Shown one piece after another: positions 47,801-52,720 of a DNA stretch of 52,720 nt (its first letter is position 1; the number at the start of each line of letters is the position of its first letter). This DNA comes from Octopus bimaculoides (taxonomy: Eukaryota). Under the pieces are notes generated by a model. That model had not been told where the DNA came from. It did no database searches and saw only the letters and a program-made list of their open reading frames with translations. Made by a program: the position numbers and the translations under genes. The stretch spans positions 5,348,031 to 5,400,750 of the forward strand of contig NC_068999.1 in the NCBI RefSeq assembly GCF_001194135.2, in the 5' to 3' direction.

Positions 47801-49438
47801 GTTGGGAGATGCTGTTTATGAACTTGAGTTGCTAAGAGCTTAATATTGACTGATTTACATATTACAATGCATTCTTGGGTGCTAGTTTAATTAGTCAATT
47901 ACTGGTGCATTGATAAATGACAATAGGATCTTAGTCAGTCTTGAGAGAGAGCCACATGGTAAGTTCACTAGTGCTGGAACCAAAAAATTGGAGCATGATG
48001 CAGTCTTTGGACCAGTCAGATCTGACCAAACTGTCCAACCCATATCAGCATGGAAGGCATATTTTAAAAGATGATATGATGATGACGTATAGATTTTTTT
48101 TTTTATCAACACTGAATGTATAGATAAACGTTAGGACAATGTTGTATTTATTCACCAAATCTTAGTGGACAGTTTGTGGTGCAGTGTAAGCAGTGAAACA
48201 AATCTCTGTTAATACTCCAGTAATTTAGAGACAGCAATGTTAGACTACTTAACAGGAATTAAGGAATACTTTGCATCTTTTCACATTGGTTGAAGCAATG
48301 CTGCTTAAAATTAGATGTGTCTGCTGCAAGATGTATCGAATCTAATAGCCATTATCTTTTTTATCAGTCCTGTGTGATCTTGTCTGTAGAATCTGTTAGT
48401 GCCAGATCTGACCCCACCCTCCGTCACCTTTCCTCCACTTCTTGACATTTTTGTTCTTAAGTTGAAGAAATTGGAATAATGTTTCGTTTGAAGTTGAGAA
48501 ATTCCACTTTGTGCCTCTGTGTGTGTGTTTGTGTTTATATTCATGTGCTTTGTGTATGTTTGTATAAGTTATCTCTGTAGTGTGTGTTTGTGTGTGTATT
48601 TTCTATGATTTGCAGTGTGCATATGTTTCTCTGTGTGTGTGTGATTCTGTGCATATGTGTAGTTTCTGTATGTGTGAGTGAGTCTCTGCAGTTCGTGTGT
48701 GTGTGTGTGTGTGTGTGTTGCCTGCATAGTTGCACAATATGTTGCCTGACTTGTATGTGTGTTGTCTGCATAGCAGAATATATGTCACCTGGCTCGTCAG
48801 CATAGGGGTAGTGTATATCCATGTGTGTGTTGTCTCCACAGCTGTGCTTAAGTCACCTCTTTAGTGTGTGTGTGTTTATGTCTGTGACAATAAGGAATTA
48901 TTGGTCAAATATTTTTACCATTCTTCGCCATGACATTTCCTTGTTTACTTTTTTGCTATTTTTTTTACCAAGATGACCTCTAATTCCATTGATTTGGAAT
49001 GACTTTGTTATTTCATGGAGAATGACACAAATTAGAGATAAATTATCTGGAATCTACCACCAACCTATTTGTCATTGCTTATCACCTAATGTAGGAGTAG
49101 TAGTAGTGATTGTGGTGGTAGTAATAGTAAAAAAGCAGAGAATTGCAAACTTGTTAATGTTGAGCAAAATACTATGTGGTATGAGTTCCAATTTATTACA
49201 TTCTGAGTTCAAATCCTGTTGAGGTCAACTTTGCCATCGTTACCTTACACTGTTTTTTTTTTTGAAAATATGCAAATAAGCAATATGTAAAATAGAAAAA
49301 TTCAAAGAATTAAATATGCCTCTTCTTTCACTCAATTTAACCTAGCGGTGATTATCTCCCCTTTGATTGTAGATTCACCAGAAGCAATCCCTCCATGTGT
49401 GCAAATGGTCAATGTTTTCTTTTCTCTTTGCCTCACAG

Positions 49439-49518
49439 GTTCGAGTCCACAGTGTGTTGAAACAACAAAAGGACAAGATGTCTTCTAACGATGTAAATTC
49501 TGTTGAAAAGCAAGAAAG
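49439..49518 (+). CDS. GCC2: GCC2 exon, 80 nt, phase 0 to 2: VRVHSVLKQQKDKMSSNDVNSVEKQE(R)
   Basis: ctcacag acceptor, AG|gtcagt donor; conserved VRVHxVLKQQK. Confidence 0.93.
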
Positions 49519-49584
49519 GTCAGTCAGCTGATGTTAGATTTTACTTTAATTATCGTTAGTGTATACAACATACAGAGCATTCAG

Positions 49585-49905
49585 TGGCATGCAAAAAGTA
49601 CCATCCGTATCTGGCCAATGCCTGTATCCCCTGACTGGCCCCCATGCCAATGGCACGTAAAAAGCACCATCTGAACGTGTTCGATGTTAGGCCCGCCTGA
49701 CTGGCTCCTGTGCCGTTGGCATGTAAAAAGCACCCACTACACTCTTGGAGTGGTTGGCATTAGGAAGGGCATCCAGCTGTTGAAACATTGCCAGATCAGA
49801 TTGGGGCTTTGTGCAGCTGTTGGCTCTACAGATCTCAATCAAACTGTCCAACCCATGTTAGCATGGAAAATGGATGTTAAACGATGATGATGATGATCAT
49901 GATGA
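49585..49905 (+). mobile_element. RTE-family 3' UTR with (GAT)n tail
   Basis: ggcatgtaaaaagcacccactacactcttggagtggttggcattaggaagggcatccagctg. Confidence 0.72.
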
Positions 49906-50277
49906 AGTAATCACATCTTTTACTTGTTTCATTTATTTGACTGTAGCCATGCTGGGGCACCGCCTTGAAGGGTTTTATTGAAACAAATCAATCCCCAGGA
50001 CTTTTTTTTGTAAAACCTAATACTTATTCTATTGGTCTTGGGGACATATAACATAAAAATGAATGTCAATAAATACACACACACACACACACATATATAT
50101 AGAGAGAGACACTCATTTTTATGTTATAATAAAAACATTTTTACATTAAACAGAAGAATTACACGCAATACAGGTGGTAGAGTATATCCATATATATGTA
50201 TATATAAAAAAAAAATTGTTTTATTACTCTGCTTTTATTTATATTTTTCTTACCATTTTATATCTTTGTTACACCAG

Positions 50278-50331
50278 AGAACAACAAGACAGATTTATTG
50301 AGCAGCTTAAAGCTAAAATTCAAGAACTGAA
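50278..50331 (+). CDS. GCC2: GCC2 exon, 54 nt, phase 2 to 2: EQQDRFIEQLKAKIQEL(N)
   Basis: caccag acceptor, AA|gtgagt donor; frame consistent with both neighbours. Confidence 0.85.
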
Positions 50332-50385
50332 GTGAGTAAAATTCTTTGATTTTTTTTTTTCTGCATATATACATGTATGTGTGTG

Positions 50386-50433
<48 letters not shown>

Positions 50434-50453
50434 CATTTTCTATATGTATGTAT

Positions 50454-50487
<34 letters not shown>

Positions 50488-51096
50488 ATTTGAGTGTGTG
50501 TGTGTGTGTGCATATGTTTTGTCTGTTACTTTTTACTTGTTTCAATCATTAGATTGTGACCATGCTGGGGCAATGCTTTGAAGGATTTTTAAACAACTGG
50601 ACCAACCCCATTACTTATTTCCTTTTTTAAGAGATTTCATCATCATGAGAGCAATATTCTAACCCCTAAACTATACACCTTCACACACACACACACACAC
50701 ACACACCCACCATGTTGGGAAGTGAATTTCTTAACCACACAGCCATGTCTGTAATTATAAATGCGTGTGTCTATCTATTTTTCTATCCATCTATCAATCA
50801 ATCTGTCTGACTGACTACTCGTCTGTCTGCCTGCCTGCCTGCCTGCCTGTCTGTCTGTCTGTCTGTGTATCTGACCCACTGACTGACTGTCCGTCTGTCT
50901 AGCTATCTCTGTCTGTCTGTCTGTCTGTCTAGCTATCTCTGTCTGTCTATGTCTATCTCTCTGTCTGTTTGCATATCTGTCTGTCTATCTCTGTATATCT
51001 GTCTGTCTGTCTGTCTGTCTGTCTGATTGTCTGTCTGTCTGTCTGATTGTCTGTCTGCCTCAGTGTATTTGTGTGTGTATGTATGTGTATACATTT

Positions 51097-51154
<58 letters not shown>

Positions 51155-52145
51155 TATATATATATTTATACACACACACACACATGATGATGATGAAACA
51201 TGTATAATATCTATATCATAGATATGNNNNNNNNNNNNNNNNNNNNNNNNNNNNNNNNNNNNNNNNNNNNNNNNNNNNNNNNNNNNNNNNNNNNNNNNNN
51301 NNNNNNNNNNNNNNNNNNNNNNNNNNNNNNNNNNNNNNNNNNNNNNNNNNNNNNNNNNNNNNNNNNNNNNNNNNNNNNNNNNNNNNNNNNNNNNNNNNNN
51401 NNNNNNNNNNNNNNNNNNNNNNNNNNNNNNNNNNNNNNNNNNNNNNNNNNNNNNNNNNNNNNNNNNNNNNNNNNNNNNNNNNNNNNNNNNNNNNNNNNNN
51501 NNNNNNNNNNNNNNNNNNNNNNNNNNNNNNNNNNNNNNNNNNNNNNNNNNNNNNNNNNNNNNNNNNNNNNNNNNNNNNNNNNNNNNNNNNNNNNNNNNNN
51601 NNNNNNNNNNNNNNNNNNNNNNNNNNNNNNNNNNNNNNNNNNNNNNNNNNNNNNNNNNNNNNNNNNNNNNNNNNNNNNNNNNNNNNNNNNNNNNNNNNNN
51701 NNNNNNNNNNNNNNNNNNNNNNNNNNNNNNNNNNNNNNNNNNNNNNNNNNNNNNNNNNNNNNNNNNNNNNNNNNNNNNNNNNNNNNNNNNNNNNNNNNNN
51801 NNNNNNNNNNNNNNNNNNNNNNNNNNNNNNNNNNNNNNNNNNNNNNNNNNNNNNNNNNNNNNNNNNNNNNNNNNNNNNNNNNNNNNNNNNNNNNNNNNNN
51901 NNNNNNNNNNNNNNNNNNNNNNNNNNNNACTTTTTAAAGAAATTTCGTAATCATGAATGCAACATCCTAACCCCTTAGACTCTACGCCTTCACACACACA
52001 CACACACACACCACTTCACCTACCCACTCACTCACTCAACTCGCCCATTCACTCACTCTGCTCACTCAAACACATCCACTCACCCACCCAGTGATGCTCA
52101 TTTATAACCATCATGTGATGTCTAGACAATGGTATACATGCACGC

Positions 52146-52186
<41 letters not shown>

Positions 52187-52399
52187 CATGCATGCACATG
52201 ATAATGACGAAGGGGCTTATACTAAGCCTGCTGGATCTTATGGCTGCAAAATGCTCTCCTTTGCATTAATTGGACTTCGATCATTGGAATCCTGTGCTAG
52301 CCAGGATCTGGCATGATGTGCTGATGAGGGTGATTGCCAGGATTATAATTATCCCCCTCAATCGATGTATGATGATGATGATGATGATGATATATTGTC

Positions 52400-52540
52400 T
52401 ATAGTGGTTCAGCAAAAGAGACTGATAAAATAAGTACTAGGCTTACAAAGAATAAGTCCTGGGGTCGATTTGCTTGACTAAAAGGTGGTGCTCCAGCATA
52501 GCCGCAGTCAAATGACCGAAACAAATAAAAGAATAAAAGA
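52400..52540 (+). mobile_element. SINE family B, 3' part
   Basis: gcaaaagagactgataaaataagtactaggcttacaaagaataagtcctggggtcg. Confidence 0.78.
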
Positions 52541-52574
52541 ATATATTTCTATACTTGTTTTTTTTTTTTTGCAG

Positions 52575-52697
52575 CACCAGTTGGTCTGCGTCACGTCAAG
52601 AGAATGAAACTCTCCAAGAAGAGCACGATCGTTTACTGATGCGCCATAATAAGCTCCTCGAAGACTTCCAGGACAGGGAGACCCTATTTAAAGCTAA
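52575..52697 (+). CDS. GCC2: GCC2 exon, 123 nt, phase 2 to 2: TSWSASRQENETLQEEHDRLLMRHNKLLEDFQDRETLFKA
   Basis: (t)n gcag acceptor, AA|gttagt donor; resembles GCC2 LQSEHDTLLERHNKML. Confidence 0.88.
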
Positions 52698-52720
52698 GTT
52701 AGTATCTGTACCTTCTCCAT

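Larger units (their letters stand above)
9414..52697 (+). other. GCC2: GCC2 (GRIP and coiled-coil domain-containing protein 2 / GCC185) gene span, 5' and 3' incomplete
   Basis: 18 exons join in frame with canonical acceptors and donors. The Glu/Lys/Leu-rich coiled coil carries motifs I recognise from vertebrate GCC2: KLKALAVKSKK, MMDLEIADYER, KLKQLLMKAKKDLADSK, YEGYKVRVHSVLKQQK, LQEEHDRLLMRHNKLL. Identity is from recall; no database search was run. Confidence 0.9.

Noticed and set aside
70-52009. Dozens of ORF-track entries rich in YI, HT, CV, poly-N/I/Y or X runs
   Set aside because: They are translations of (TA)n, (CA)n, (ATT)n microsatellites or N gaps, not genes

Overview
Eukaryotic, AT-rich, microsatellite-dense genomic DNA with many N gaps. 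The repeat families and (TA)/(ATT)/(CA) load suggest an octopus (coleoid cephalopod) draft assembly; this is an inference. The window holds most of one + strand multi-exon gene, the trans-Golgi golgin GCC2/GCC185. I reconstructed 18 coding exons by hand (9414-52697) with consistent splice phases, including a ~4.3 kb giant exon. The 5' exon(s) and the C-terminal GRIP domain are not visible. Introns contain tRNA-derived SINEs, RTE-clade LINE 3' fragments, two Dong/R4-like fragments at (TAA)n tracts, piggyBac-, mariner-, pogo- and hAT-like MITEs, a maT-type transposase relic, minisatellites and several long fold-backs. The most notable points are a 116-aa tandem duplication in the giant exon with mostly synonymous divergence, a GC-AG intron, two hammerhead-like motifs with covarying stem II, a near-perfect ~70 bp hairpin, and inverted SINE/LINE pairs that could form dsRNA. 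I see no clear evidence of a wholly new biological system. Most ORF-track entries are microsatellite or gap artefacts. Repeat boundaries are approximate.
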